Sequence record: KY499642.1
Reading direction: 5' to 3' (one strand)
Length of the DNA: 64,000 bases
The notes under the pieces were generated by a model. It saw only the letters and a list, made by a program, of their open reading frames with translations. It had not been told where the DNA came from and did no database searches. This document shows positions 38,548 through 49,521 of the stretch, piece by piece. Numbering within the stretch: the stretch's first letter is position 1; each line of letters begins with the position of its first letter. Made by a program: the position numbers and the translations under genes.

Positions 38548-38550
38548 CAC

Positions 38551-38597
38551 AAAAAGACGAGGATGGCCGAAGCCATCCTCGCTCTTTATTTTTTTTG
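38551..38597. terminator. Bidirectional terminator
   Basis: A5, gaggatggc-cgaa-gccatcctc, T tract. Confidence 0.85.
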
Positions 38598-38599
38598 TC

Positions 38600-39451
38600 T
38601 TAAGAGACAACTTCTTTTGCAGCTGCATCAGCGTAATCGTGGTAACCAACTTTAGTTGCTTCCACGTCAGCGTCGATTTCAGATGCGAACGACTTACGAG
38701 TCATTGGGTTCAGACCAGAACGGTTTAGGCGGTCAAGGTCTTCTTGTGCAAACAGCTTAACGCCGTAAGAACATTGTTGTAGAGAAGTGAAGCCGATGCC
38801 CATCTCTACAGTTTCACCCGGAGCTTCAAGGTCTTTACGACCGTCGTCAGGACCGTTCAGACGTGGAGCCATGTTGGTACATAGCCATGCGTTTTGAACG
38901 TAACGGTGAAGCGGGTCTGGCTCGTAGTACAGTACAGTTGCACAGTACAAGTCAGGTAGAGCATCGCCAACTTCTTCACTTAGCAGTGAAACAAGTGGAA
39001 CCTGAGCAGCAGGGTCTTGCATACCGTAACGTAGCCAGAAATCCAGCAGCGTTTTGTATACTTGGCCGTACTTATCAGTCACAGTGTGAGTGATTTCAGA
39101 TTGCTCTTCAGAAACCTTAGTCAGGTCGAACTGGCGGTGGCCAGCTGCACCAATTGCAGTCTCTGCGAATTCAGCAGTAAGCGCTTTGTTCAAGCCGTCC
39201 ACTTTTGAGTGAACTTCGAAGAACGTTTTGATTGCGCGACGGAAGACATCTGGAGCTTCCATGTACTGAACCCAACGAGGAAATTCAACAACGCGTACGA
39301 TAACATTACGTTTAACGTAGTGGGCGTTCTGAATGTACTTCCCTTGGTTAACAAGCGGACCCATTTGTCCGCCTTCCAGTGCATTAACCATCGGGGCTGT
39401 AGATAGAGCGCTAAAGTTAGCGTCCATCATGCGGTCTTTCAAATCAGCCAT
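38600..39451 (-). CDS. Tail tube protein (phiKZ gp30-like)
   Basis: 283 aa directly downstream of the sheath gene; typical GGQxG and YEPDP...AWLCTNMAP segments. Confidence 0.85.
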   Translation of the reverse strand: MADLKDRMMDANFSALSTAPMVNALEGGQMGPLVNQGKYIQNAHYVKRNVIVRVVEFPRWVQYMEAPDVFRRAIKTFFEVHSKVDGLNKALTAEFAETAIGAAGHRQFDLTKVSEEQSEITHTVTDKYGQVYKTLLDFWLRYGMQDPAAQVPLVSLLSEEVGDALPDLYCATVLYYEPDPLHRYVQNAWLCTNMAPRLNGPDDGRKDLEAPGETVEMGIGFTSLQQCSYGVKLFAQEDLDRLNRSGLNPMTRKSFASEIDADVEATKVGYHDYADAAAKEVVS

Positions 39452-39455
39452 TTAC

Positions 39456-41498
39456 TTAGCCCTCTTGGAAACGGTGAGCCACGATAGTAGTCTTGAAGAC
39501 AGTCTTCATTACTGCACCGTAGACGTGGATTCGGATCGAGATAGAGTTGCCGTTTGACTTATCTTCGTCTGAGAAGTACGGTTCAAAGTCAAGGTTAACA
39601 ACGCCGTCGTAACGACCTTCGGTTTTCAGGATAAGCTTGTCGCGTACCATCTTAGCGATTTGGCTATCGGTCATGTCGGACACGCCAGACATTTCCGCCC
39701 ATACCTGCTCAGATAGGTACTCAAGGTTACCGATGATTGGTGCGATCAACCAGTTGTTCAGAATAGAACGGTCTTCGTCGTACACTGTGTACAGTGCAGG
39801 GAAGTGGTAACGCCATTGGTCGAACGAGCGCAAGCTGATCAAACCTGCTTCCCAGTCAGATACGTAAACAGGGAATGGCTTGTAATCCAAGTTGAAGTCG
39901 TAACCTTCGGTAATGACAGTCAACTCGCCGCGAGAGAACTTGTTGCGTGACAAGAACTTGCCTTGAGAAGAACCTGCGTATGCAGCGAACTTCGCAGCCA
40001 GTGAGTAAGACACTGGAACACGCTCTTTGTACTGGCTGTTGTTCAAGTACATGCTGTGACCCAATAGGTGACCGCGCATACAAGTTGTGCCGTACTTAGT
40101 CGATTCTGGCAACGCACGCAGCATCGCTGATAGAGCAATCTTCATTGCTTCTTCAGTTTGCATTGAGTTGATGCCTTGGTCGAATACGTGAGTACACAAC
40201 ACGAGGTTAGTGTTCTTCATGCGGCCAATGTAGTTGGTCAGTGCTTCTTTGGTATCAACCGAGAAGCCAGAATCCCACAGGAAGCTTGATGGGTACTTCA
40301 GCAGGTTCAGGTAGTTAACCGTACCAGTACCGAAGTTGATCATCTCTTTACGAACCAATTTGTCGAACGTTTCGTTCGTCATGGTACCGTCAGAACCGCC
40401 GATTAGGTAATGAGTGTGTGAATCAGTTAAGATTTCGCCACCTTCAGTGCCGTCGTCAACGTGCAGACCATTATATGGATTACCATACAGGTCTAGACCG
40501 GAGAAGATATCCACCATGTAAGGGTTTGTCAGTGTCTCGTCATCCTTGATGAACGTTTGTGCCTTAGTAAGCACAAGCTCCAAGTTTGAACGGTACACGT
40601 ACATGTCCTGTACAGGGCCAAGTTGTGGAATGTAACCCGGATCAGGGTTCATGTTGCGGTAAGCCGCAAGTGCCACATCTTCGAAATCCAACTCAGTACG
40701 CATTGGGCGGTAGTACGCTTCTGGTTTGAACGAGAAGAATACTGAAGTCTGACCTTTGACGGTACGAGTGATAGATGGTGACATGCCCGGTACAGTCTGG
40801 TCAACAAACTGTAGGGTCAGTAGACGACCACCTACTTCCATTGCGTAGTCAGCAGGAACAGGAGTCATAGACTTCTCGTTACCACAAGACAGACGCAGAC
40901 CGAAGTCATTTGGTTTCGCACCAGGGTATGGAGCAGGCATATCCAAGATTGGGTAAATCGTGGACTTGGTGCCAGCAGCATTAGTTAGCGTACCTTCAAA
41001 GATACGACCTTGCTTGAACTGGCCAGCTTCGTCAGAGAACGCGCCGAAGTGCCATGCGATTAGCAGGCCGTCGATTTGTCCTTTAACTTTTGGTGCGCCG
41101 TTTTCGTACAACACAGAACCATCTGCGTTGCGTTCATAGTCAGGAACCTTAGTTTCTAACACTTCTGCGTACAGACGTAGAGATGCTGTTTTAGCATCAT
41201 CTGGAACCAAACGTTGAACCATCATTTCATTCGCTTTGCGATTGAATAGTTCAAGGTAAGGAGTGTTGAAAGTTGTGTACTTGTTCTTAAGTCCAACGAC
41301 TTCGTCACCGTACATAGCTTTCAGATTGTCCCCAGAAACAACATAAGCGTTGTTAGGGTCACCCTTCGGGCTGAATGTAAACATCAGCGGAAGGTGAATA
41401 GGAACCCCTGCTTGTGTAAGTACTTTTTCTGGTACTGACTGATCGTCCGTACCGTACTTCACGTTCTGAGGAGTACCATTCTTGATGATTTCAGACAT
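39456..41498 (-). CDS. Tail sheath protein (phiKZ gp29-like)
   Basis: 680 aa; P.HLPL, LIGGSDGTM and WDSGFS sheath-type segments; synteny with tube and terminase. Confidence 0.85.
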   Translation of the reverse strand: MSEIIKNGTPQNVKYGTDDQSVPEKVLTQAGVPIHLPLMFTFSPKGDPNNAYVVSGDNLKAMYGDEVVGLKNKYTTFNTPYLELFNRKANEMMVQRLVPDDAKTASLRLYAEVLETKVPDYERNADGSVLYENGAPKVKGQIDGLLIAWHFGAFSDEAGQFKQGRIFEGTLTNAAGTKSTIYPILDMPAPYPGAKPNDFGLRLSCGNEKSMTPVPADYAMEVGGRLLTLQFVDQTVPGMSPSITRTVKGQTSVFFSFKPEAYYRPMRTELDFEDVALAAYRNMNPDPGYIPQLGPVQDMYVYRSNLELVLTKAQTFIKDDETLTNPYMVDIFSGLDLYGNPYNGLHVDDGTEGGEILTDSHTHYLIGGSDGTMTNETFDKLVRKEMINFGTGTVNYLNLLKYPSSFLWDSGFSVDTKEALTNYIGRMKNTNLVLCTHVFDQGINSMQTEEAMKIALSAMLRALPESTKYGTTCMRGHLLGHSMYLNNSQYKERVPVSYSLAAKFAAYAGSSQGKFLSRNKFSRGELTVITEGYDFNLDYKPFPVYVSDWEAGLISLRSFDQWRYHFPALYTVYDEDRSILNNWLIAPIIGNLEYLSEQVWAEMSGVSDMTDSQIAKMVRDKLILKTEGRYDGVVNLDFEPYFSDEDKSNGNSISIRIHVYGAVMKTVFKTTIVAHRFQEG

Positions 41499-41512
41499 GG
41501 GTAGTCTCCTGT

Positions 41513-41546
41513 CTACTGATAAAAAATTACGACATCACGTCATATG
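41513..41546 (+). promoter_or_regulatory. AAAAAATTAC...TATG element (middle/late-promoter-like)
   Basis: ctactgataaaaaattac...catatg upstream of the baseplate-type operon; related elements at 49135 and 55082. Confidence 0.4.
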
Positions 41547-41589
41547 TATTTACTTTAATTTCAATACTTATACTCAGAGGATAACTGCA

Positions 41590-42486
41590 ATGAGTCTACA
41601 AACTGCTTATGAAGCAAAAATCATTAAGGGATTTCCGACTGCTGAGATTAAACTTAGCATCGAAAAAGCATCCCTCAGTGACAAGTGTCATGAAGCTACA
41701 AACTCGGTTTCATACGTCACTGAAGCTCAGGACGTTCCTCCTTTCCCGTATCCGATTTACGATGTCGAAGCCAATAAAGCTTTTGTTGACTCACGACCAT
41801 ACAGCTCACTAGAACGTAACGGAGATATCAAAATCCGTAACATGCTAGATGAAAAACTAAATCTACTACTGGCGAAGTTGGAAATTTCATGGGTGCAAAA
41901 CGATCGTCCAGATAGTGCACAACGCGCTTTCGCGATGTCGTCTGAAGTCATGGTTCGTTGGTTAACCAACATCATCTCCCACAAATATGGGCTCGCACCT
42001 TACCAAAAGTCCCGCTTAACCGCCTTGGCAGCAATGTTTTCTGTCGGACAATTTTATAACAACATTGAAGATCAGCTCACTATCGAGCGACATCTCCAAA
42101 GTATTTCCCGCAATTTCCCAGTTCACTTCGATACCATTAAAGAAGTGGCAGAACGCGTAGATAATCATTTCCCTCGCGATGTGGAAGAATTCATTGAAGC
42201 AATGGGCAAGATGGACTTAGGTACTCGTCTTCGTAACTTCAATACCAAAGAACTGTACAACGCGTTAAACGGTTCTTGGTGGGCTAACGCTAACGCACCA
42301 ACCTTCGTCGCTATCGCTTTGGAATACCCACCTGCGATGGCAGCTCTTGTTCAAATGGCAATTGAGAACACGATGTACAAACGTACGCAAATCGGCTCAG
42401 TCGTTTACGACATGAATCGCGGTAGCAACTTTGCTAACCACACTCGTGCAATCAGCCTGTTTATTGATCAATTCAATCAGGAGTAA
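41590..42486 (+). CDS. Virion structural protein (phiKZ gp28-like position), 298 aa
   Basis: SD gagga, ATG at 41590; synteny. Confidence 0.65.
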   Translation: MSLQTAYEAKIIKGFPTAEIKLSIEKASLSDKCHEATNSVSYVTEAQDVPPFPYPIYDVEANKAFVDSRPYSSLERNGDIKIRNMLDEKLNLLLAKLEISWVQNDRPDSAQRAFAMSSEVMVRWLTNIISHKYGLAPYQKSRLTALAAMFSVGQFYNNIEDQLTIERHLQSISRNFPVHFDTIKEVAERVDNHFPRDVEEFIEAMGKMDLGTRLRNFNTKELYNALNGSWWANANAPTFVAIALEYPPAMAALVQMAIENTMYKRTQIGSVVYDMNRGSNFANHTRAISLFIDQFNQE

Positions 42487-42489
42487 ACA

Positions 42490-45021
42490 ATGAAAAACTG
42501 GCTTGTTAAACACGCCCACGATAACATCTGGTGTCAACCCGCCAACGACAGGCGTTGGATTGTCAAGCCAGAGCGTCTATCGATGCCGGAGGGCGAAACG
42601 TTTGGCATGCAAGTTCAAGGTTACTCGGTTCGTCTTCCTGAGAAATTGAAGTGGTTCCATGTGTTCCAACTTGGTGGTATGAACCATCGTGAGTTAGGCA
42701 TCACTGACCTCTTCGATTCTTGGGTACGTATGGATCGCATCGTATCGCATTATGGTACGATGGTTACGTTGTATAACGAACTCGGACGAACGCTTCCTTT
42801 GGAATACGTCTGGCTTCGTAAACAACCAAACGGTAACGTTATTCTTGCGGTCGAAATGGTAGAGAGTCAAGTCGACTTCTCAACCGACCCATTATACATC
42901 CGCTTTTATAATGGCGCATTCCGTTATACTGGCGATTACACCGAACAACACCACAGCAAAATCATCGGACGCATTATTCGTGACAACGCTGAGCGTTTTG
43001 ATGCGGTACGTAAGTTTGAAGAACTGCGTGCTATGCCGGGTGAACCTATCGCTTATGTTAACGGTTATGAGATTGACATCTTAACTGCCGATGACATTAA
43101 GTTGTGGGACTACGTTGAAATCGTTTACGACGGTTTGATTGAATCCATTCATTATTTCCCAATGTCTGAGTTGCAGTCTTTCCATAGTGTGGTTGACAAC
43201 AAGCGTAAGTTCTTGTTACACCCACCACGTCAGATGGATACGATTCACTTCATTAACGACATTGACCTGTCGGTACTGAAAGGCAACTTCGGTCTGTATT
43301 ACCACCAGAACCAGTCTGAGTCTTTCCGTCAAGTGACTCACAACGACTACAGTGTGTTGGTAAACCGTTTCAGTCAATACATCATTCAAATGGATGACTG
43401 GAATGACTTGAGTGAATTGAAAGTCAAGATGATTGTTCGTCGCTCTGGCATGGATAGACCGTTGACGTTTAACCACAACCGAATTCATGAACTGTACAAG
43501 ATGACGGACGATCAAATCGTCAGTGCTATGGCAGGTATGAACTCTAACGTTACAGAATGGAAAGCAGCAAACCTTGAGACGGCTTCTTACAACCGTATCA
43601 TGGCAGCGAAGTATTCAACCATCACTAACGAGTTATGTACTGATGCTTACGGATATAATGCCGTTGCACGTTATGCAGCAGACACCCCTACCAAGACACA
43701 TCTGGCAGGCGGTGAGGTAGTAGCGACACTACCACCTTTACTTGCTCGTAACTGTACGGTATACGAGTATGACGCTAACGGCATATTGCTTGGTTACTAC
43801 AACTACCTTAGCAATGTCGATGAAGATTACACGTGTAAGCATGCGGAAACCGCAATGGTGGAAGCCATCGAAGGTCAGGCAACAAAACAGCCGGACATCA
43901 CTTTCGATGCAAAGGACTACGTTTGTCAAGATGGGTTCAACTACCGCTTCTACACCAATCAGTTGAAGAGTGGTGTGCCGACGGACATCTTTGAAGACGT
44001 CACAGGCACAGACGCATACTCCATCGATGTTGATGGAACCGTGATTTGGAATATTGACCAATCGCGACGTATGCCAGTCATCTGGTGCGACCGCAACTTC
44101 CTCAGCTACGGCTTTGAAGAAGACATGTTTGATGGTCATGCTAAGTTCACTATTGATTACTGGGAGGATGACGACAACTACAAGCCTCTATTGCTCGAAC
44201 CTGAGACGTTAGAGATTTGGATGAATGGACATATCCTCGTACCGGGTATTGATTACTTCGTGAAGTGGCCTCAAGTTGTGGTTTGTAACAAGACCTACCT
44301 TGAAGACACGCCGGAACGTCACAAGCCTTGGTTTGATATCCGTTGTCGCGGTCTGGCTGAGAAGCTCCGTATGCCTAAGACAGGCTTCGTGGTGAATAAT
44401 CTTATCAGTAACAATGCGTACTTCGATGTGCGCGATGACAAGGTTGTCCAGATTGCCATTGGTGGTGGTGTTCGACACCGTAGTGATGTTGTCTTCCGTG
44501 AAGACACGGCATTAGGTGTGCCTGAGATGGTCAACGGTATGCCATTCATGGTGAACGACCCAACCGTGCCTCTACGTGAGCTTGTAAGTAAGAACACGTA
44601 TGAGATGCGTGATAGTTCTCGTGATTTGGACGGACGTATTGAAGCGTATCTAACAAACTTCATCCCTACGCCGGAGAACATCGAGCATAACCCAATCCCT
44701 CAAGTGTATGAACTGTTTAGTCCAATCCTGAATAAGGTTATCCATGACATGATCAATGGTGACCTGATGCCGGAAGCGGATGACCAACTGTATTACATCA
44801 GTACACGACAGTTCGACGAGTTGATGAAAGAGTACATGTATCTGCTTGACTATGAGCCAGTGCTGCAAGGCGTTGACTTACGTTACGTATCGGTGCATCC
44901 GCATGACGGGAACGATTACATCGAACTTGAGCCTATCCAGATGACTATGGTTGAACGAATCAACGACCGTTATTTGAACAACAAAGTCATTATCAATAAA
45001 CTGCTTCGTATTAAGGTTTAA
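42490..45021 (+). CDS. Virion structural/baseplate protein (phiKZ gp27-like), 843 aa
   Basis: N-terminal WC.P..D motif, size and synteny. Confidence 0.7.
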   Translation: MKNWLVKHAHDNIWCQPANDRRWIVKPERLSMPEGETFGMQVQGYSVRLPEKLKWFHVFQLGGMNHRELGITDLFDSWVRMDRIVSHYGTMVTLYNELGRTLPLEYVWLRKQPNGNVILAVEMVESQVDFSTDPLYIRFYNGAFRYTGDYTEQHHSKIIGRIIRDNAERFDAVRKFEELRAMPGEPIAYVNGYEIDILTADDIKLWDYVEIVYDGLIESIHYFPMSELQSFHSVVDNKRKFLLHPPRQMDTIHFINDIDLSVLKGNFGLYYHQNQSESFRQVTHNDYSVLVNRFSQYIIQMDDWNDLSELKVKMIVRRSGMDRPLTFNHNRIHELYKMTDDQIVSAMAGMNSNVTEWKAANLETASYNRIMAAKYSTITNELCTDAYGYNAVARYAADTPTKTHLAGGEVVATLPPLLARNCTVYEYDANGILLGYYNYLSNVDEDYTCKHAETAMVEAIEGQATKQPDITFDAKDYVCQDGFNYRFYTNQLKSGVPTDIFEDVTGTDAYSIDVDGTVIWNIDQSRRMPVIWCDRNFLSYGFEEDMFDGHAKFTIDYWEDDDNYKPLLLEPETLEIWMNGHILVPGIDYFVKWPQVVVCNKTYLEDTPERHKPWFDIRCRGLAEKLRMPKTGFVVNNLISNNAYFDVRDDKVVQIAIGGGVRHRSDVVFREDTALGVPEMVNGMPFMVNDPTVPLRELVSKNTYEMRDSSRDLDGRIEAYLTNFIPTPENIEHNPIPQVYELFSPILNKVIHDMINGDLMPEADDQLYYISTRQFDELMKEYMYLLDYEPVLQGVDLRYVSVHPHDGNDYIELEPIQMTMVERINDRYLNNKVIINKLLRIKV

Positions 45022-45023
45022 TT

Positions 45024-46697
45024 ATGTCGAATGATAACCATCTCGATGCAGGTAGTCAATACGGTGTTCCTAACCCGCAACCCAACCGCCGTTTTACGGT
45101 GTTTGACAAAGAGGAACTTTATACGGGGCCTACGGGCTCCGGACGTGAAGTGGCTAACCCGCGCGACCTTATTGTCGATTATGACAATAACTCATTCTGG
45201 CGTGTTAAGGCAACCGATTACACCAACTACACGTATGAACTAGAACCATTCCATCCGGTTCCTAAGTACAACGTGGAAATTGAGATCGGTGGTTGTGCGC
45301 CACATTTGTCAGACACATTCCGTATTTATGTCGACGACACAAAACACCCTGCATCATTGCGTATCGACGGACGCCTTACAGTTGCTGGTTCCGATTTGGA
45401 CAGCGTACGTATCTTCCGTGGTAAGCGTATTGATAGTAGCGGTGAAGTTATCTCTGGCAACTACAGCAATGGTCAGATTGTTTCCGATCGTATTCCGCTA
45501 GCACTAGCAGCGGTACAAGGCAACAAGACCATCAAGTCGGCTATTCCGGCTGTCTGTACTCGTTCTGTTGAAGACGGTGAACTGGTTACACTGGTTTACT
45601 ATAGCGAGAACTCAGAAGTCGCAGCAATCGCATACTGCTACGTTGTTAAGACTAGCCTTGTGATGGCAATGGAAGCACCTGTTAAGCAAGTGCTGGACGT
45701 GAAGTTGAAATCTCCATTCATGTCTAAGTCCGATGATAAACTGCTTGAACTGCCAATCAACATCCCACTGGATGATATTCCGCTACAAGCGGAAATCAAG
45801 TACACCGACGGTACACGCACTGTGACTATCGATGGTACTCGCGCTAACCTTGATGGTCTGCGCAACAGTGGTTCTCATGACACGTTCTACATCAGTAGCA
45901 ACGTTGGTCAGACATTGCCTCTAGTTCTGTCTTACCGTTTGGGTAAGAACGAAACCTACGTAGGTGATGACGTTGTTGAAGGTGTTATTAACAAACACTA
46001 CAAAGCAACAACATTGGAAATCGATGGCTCTTACAGTGTGAAGCTCTTCGTAGTTCCACGTTGGCTAGACGTTGACCGCGGTTACCGTCTGGACTACTAC
46101 CTGTACGACCTCGAACGTGGTAACGTGTTCTATGCAACGCCGTACGTTACAGCGGGTGAGAACAGCGAAGTCTTTGACCCTAAACTGTACAACTACAAAC
46201 AGCGTCTAATCGTTCGTGTAGACTTGTCTCAGGTTAGTCAGACGTACAACGCACACATCCACCCTCAGTCGTTCCATATCTCGCTACAAGCGCCGGGGAA
46301 CGAGAACCGTACGAACTTCCTATTGGATTACATCCATGATGGTGAGACGTATGGTGAGGACATCTCTGCACAATTCCACTACAGTAACACCAACTTCTGG
46401 TTGATGAATGTGTCCTGTGGTGCGACAAGTAAAGCAGAATGGCTGAAGCGTCTGTACTACAACACGTACCCATTGTACGACCGTCGCTCTGAAAGTGATG
46501 CGCCTGAACCAACGCACTTTGAAGTGCACATTGGTGAAGAAGTGTACACACTTCCGGTTGATGGCTGGATGAACGATTTCAACATTGACTTCCAAGTTGA
46601 TGAGGGTCAGTTAATCATGATCCGCTGGATTCGCCGTACGCCACAAGACGAGTTGCACCTTGCACTATCTCCAATGTTAGCGCATCAGAAGCAATAA
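45024..46697 (+). CDS. Virion structural protein (phiKZ gp26-like), 557 aa
   Basis: Beta-rich ORF upstream of terminase; synteny. Confidence 0.65.
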   Translation: MSNDNHLDAGSQYGVPNPQPNRRFTVFDKEELYTGPTGSGREVANPRDLIVDYDNNSFWRVKATDYTNYTYELEPFHPVPKYNVEIEIGGCAPHLSDTFRIYVDDTKHPASLRIDGRLTVAGSDLDSVRIFRGKRIDSSGEVISGNYSNGQIVSDRIPLALAAVQGNKTIKSAIPAVCTRSVEDGELVTLVYYSENSEVAAIAYCYVVKTSLVMAMEAPVKQVLDVKLKSPFMSKSDDKLLELPINIPLDDIPLQAEIKYTDGTRTVTIDGTRANLDGLRNSGSHDTFYISSNVGQTLPLVLSYRLGKNETYVGDDVVEGVINKHYKATTLEIDGSYSVKLFVVPRWLDVDRGYRLDYYLYDLERGNVFYATPYVTAGENSEVFDPKLYNYKQRLIVRVDLSQVSQTYNAHIHPQSFHISLQAPGNENRTNFLLDYIHDGETYGEDISAQFHYSNTNFWLMNVSCGATSKAEWLKRLYYNTYPLYDRRSESDAPEPTHFEVHIGEEVYTLPVDGWMNDFNIDFQVDEGQLIMIRWIRRTPQDELHLALSPMLAHQKQ

Positions 46698-46759
46698 TGT
46701 GAACTAGATATGTGGGAGCTATATGCTCCCACTTCTACTTTACATTGGAGACAACGATT

Positions 46760-48880
46760 ATGATCTTAAGGGAAAACGACTGGAAGCGTCCCGAATACCG
46801 GAATGCCATAGTCCACTTTAAAACGAAAAACAAATCGTTTCTGAAGCTTGCATACATTCAGAAGCAGATGGGCGTTAAGCACTGGTATTGTTGTTTAGCG
46901 TTAACACAACCTGATTTAGAAGATATCGATCCACACGATCCAAACCACGATATCGAAACCAAAACCAAAATCGCGTATGAGATGTTCATCAACCCGTGGT
47001 ACTACTTCCGCGAAATCTCACGGGTGCCTCAAGAAGGTGCAGACCCTGTGGCCTTCAAAATCCATCGTGGCTCATTCGCACTGATTTGGACTTTCTTTAA
47101 CAACATCGATATTGCTTTGCTACTTATCCGTCAGCAAGGTAAGACTGTTGTACTGGCTGCGTTGCTTGTTTACTTGAAACGTATCCTGAAAAACTCACGT
47201 ACTATCTTGATTACTAAAGATACTGGTCTACGCTCAGAAACCATCGATAAGATGAAGAAGATGCGGGATGCGCTCCCCAAATACTTGTGGTTGCATTCAC
47301 GGAGCGATGCGGATAACAGTGAAATCTTTACGTACATGAACCGCAACAACAAACTCATCACAGCTATCGCGCAATCTAACATGGCATCTGCACAGAACGC
47401 AGGTCGTGGTTTGACATCTGCTCGACTGTTCAGCGATGAGTGCGCGTTTACTCGTTACATCCGTGCTATGCTTCCGGCTGCCTTGGCATCTGGTACAACC
47501 GCACGTCGAATTGCAGAAGAAGAAGGCGTTCCTTACGGTAACGTGTTCACTACTACACCGGGTAAACGTGACGAACCAGACGGCAAGTACATCTATGACT
47601 TGTTCCACGACGGTTATTACTGGGACGACAAGTTAATCGACATTCCGACTCGTGAAGGTCTGATTGAAATGATTCGTGCTAACTCCAAAGGTGACCGTGT
47701 GTTGCTACACGCGCCATTTAACCACCGTCAGTTAGGTATGACTGACTTGGAGTTGTATGATGCGATGGCAAACGCCTCTGGTACGCGTGAAGAGAAACTG
47801 CGTGACTTCGGTCTACAATGGACAGCGGGTTCGTTGTCATCACCGTTGACCGTTGATGAATCGAAGATGATTCGTGAAAGCGTAGTTGACCCAATTCCGC
47901 ACCACGAGATCTTCCCGAACAACTACTGTCTGAAATGGTACTATCCTGAAGACCACATCAAAGAGAAGTTACAGAAAAAACACATCATCGGTTTGGATAC
48001 CTCCGATGCGGTTGGTCGAGATAACATCTCACTGGTTATGACCAACAGTGAAACATTGGAAACGGCATGTACTGCGGTTATCAATGAAAGTAACTTGATT
48101 GTCTTCGCAAACTGGGTGGCTGAAATCCTAGTTAAGTACCCGAATACTATTTTGGTTATCGAGCGCAAGTCTTCGGCTCCGACCATTATCGACTCATTGT
48201 TAATCACACTGCCTGCGAAAGGGATTGAACCTACTCGACGTATCTTTAACCAGATCGTTCAGAACCGCGACAGTGAAGACCCGGATTTAAAAGAGTTCAA
48301 AAAGAGTACCCGTCCACGAGACGAACGTTTTTACGAGATTTACCGTAAGTACTTCGGATTCGTGACAACTGGTGCATCCCGTAAGCTCCTCTACGGGGAA
48401 GTTCTCCAAACTGCTGTTCGTATGGCTGGCGACAAAGTCAAGGACAAGGAGTTGGCGAACGAGCTACTCGCTTTGGTCGTTAAAGATGGTCGTATTGACC
48501 ACAAAGCAAGTGGTAATGACGATACCGTAATTGCATGGCTATTAAGTTGTTGGTTTATGTTGTTCGGTAAGCGTCTAGACTACTATGGTGTATCTAACCG
48601 CGTTCTGATGAAGCGTCATCACGTGACTGAAGATGGTGAGGTATTCGATAGTGAGGAGTACGAACAAGAGCAGATTGCTCAAGAGCTTCTATCTGAAGAG
48701 ATTGACAATTTATGTTCTCGTATCGCGTCTAACCGCAACCCATTCACTAAAACCGTACTTGAACGTGAGCTCCGAGTTAAGCTGGCCAAACTACAACTCG
48801 ACACGTCCCAAGCTACGACTGTGGGTGAGCTGCAAGAACTTATCCGTAACGAAAAACTACAGTCGAGGTATCTGCGATGA
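46760..48880 (+). CDS. terL: Terminase large subunit (phiKZ gp25-like)
   Basis: Walker A IRQQGKT, GRG, Walker B LFSDECAF, coupling motif TTP, nuclease IGLDTSD and DDTVIAW; SD ggag, ATG at 46760. Confidence 0.9.
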   Translation: MILRENDWKRPEYRNAIVHFKTKNKSFLKLAYIQKQMGVKHWYCCLALTQPDLEDIDPHDPNHDIETKTKIAYEMFINPWYYFREISRVPQEGADPVAFKIHRGSFALIWTFFNNIDIALLLIRQQGKTVVLAALLVYLKRILKNSRTILITKDTGLRSETIDKMKKMRDALPKYLWLHSRSDADNSEIFTYMNRNNKLITAIAQSNMASAQNAGRGLTSARLFSDECAFTRYIRAMLPAALASGTTARRIAEEEGVPYGNVFTTTPGKRDEPDGKYIYDLFHDGYYWDDKLIDIPTREGLIEMIRANSKGDRVLLHAPFNHRQLGMTDLELYDAMANASGTREEKLRDFGLQWTAGSLSSPLTVDESKMIRESVVDPIPHHEIFPNNYCLKWYYPEDHIKEKLQKKHIIGLDTSDAVGRDNISLVMTNSETLETACTAVINESNLIVFANWVAEILVKYPNTILVIERKSSAPTIIDSLLITLPAKGIEPTRRIFNQIVQNRDSEDPDLKEFKKSTRPRDERFYEIYRKYFGFVTTGASRKLLYGEVLQTAVRMAGDKVKDKELANELLALVVKDGRIDHKASGNDDTVIAWLLSCWFMLFGKRLDYYGVSNRVLMKRHHVTEDGEVFDSEEYEQEQIAQELLSEEIDNLCSRIASNRNPFTKTVLERELRVKLAKLQLDTSQATTVGELQELIRNEKLQSRYLR

Positions 48881-49086
48881 CACAATTGTTCATCCTTGTT
48901 ATTAACTTACTTGTCCTCTGCATTAGCGGACATGTCTGGAAAGGCTTAAAGGCCATTTATAAAAGTAAAGGGATGCGTGCTTGCTTGCCCTATAGCTTTG
49001 GTTCTGTACTACTACTAGGTAGCGGTTCAGTTATGGCAAACACGTTCTTGCTTCAAGTGGCCGAGCTGTCACAGGCGGCACCATAA
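48877..49086 (+). CDS. Small membrane protein (69 aa, two hydrophobic segments)
   Basis: ATGA overlap with the terL stop. Confidence 0.55.
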   Translation: MTQLFILVINLLVLCISGHVWKGLKAIYKSKGMRACLPYSFGSVLLLGSGSVMANTFLLQVAELSQAAP

Positions 49087-49182
49087 ATACAAAGGGGAAA
49101 GTGGCGGCGTTGAATTCTTTTATTCTTCGCCGCACTACTGTAAAAAATTATTGTAAATCAATTGTTTATGCAGGAGGTATTC

Positions 49183-49335
49183 ATGCATGAACTACTACTT
49201 GCGCTTATCGTACTTCTCTTAATAGGGTGGGAAGTTCGAGTTATTGAACGAGCTGAGCGCAACGGCATATTGCGTATGCTGGTTGAGAGCCTATCCGGTT
49301 CTTCGAGGTTGACCCACAGCTTTGGACTGTGTTAG
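49183..49335 (+). CDS. Small single-TM protein MHELLLALIVLLLIGWEVR... (50 aa)
   Basis: Perfect SD aggagg; hydrophobic N-terminus; not in the ORF track. Confidence 0.55.
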   Translation: MHELLLALIVLLLIGWEVRVIERAERNGILRMLVESLSGSSRLTHSFGLC

Positions 49336-49469
49336 TCGCCTATAACCCTATTACTACAATTTGGAAAAAGCAAAACGCTTTAAGTAGCGCTTCAAACGAA
49401 GTCGGCAATGACGCCCACTGGTACCCGGACTGATGCTTCATTAACACTATGCTATAGATGTTAACAAGC

Positions 49470-49499
49470 GGATGTCCGGTACATCCCTTTTATTTTTTT
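49470..49499 (+). terminator. Terminator
   Basis: ggatgt-ccggt-acatcc then T tracts. Confidence 0.7.
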
Positions 49500-49521
49500 G
49501 TCTCCAGAGTAAAAAAATATT

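Noticed and set aside
25339-48880. Inteins, introns or homing endonucleases in RNAP or terminase genes
   Set aside because: ORF sizes are close to the expected intein-free lengths, with no splice-junction or LAGLIDADG/HNH motifs. The 58-bp gap between beta' and beta holds only a hairpin.
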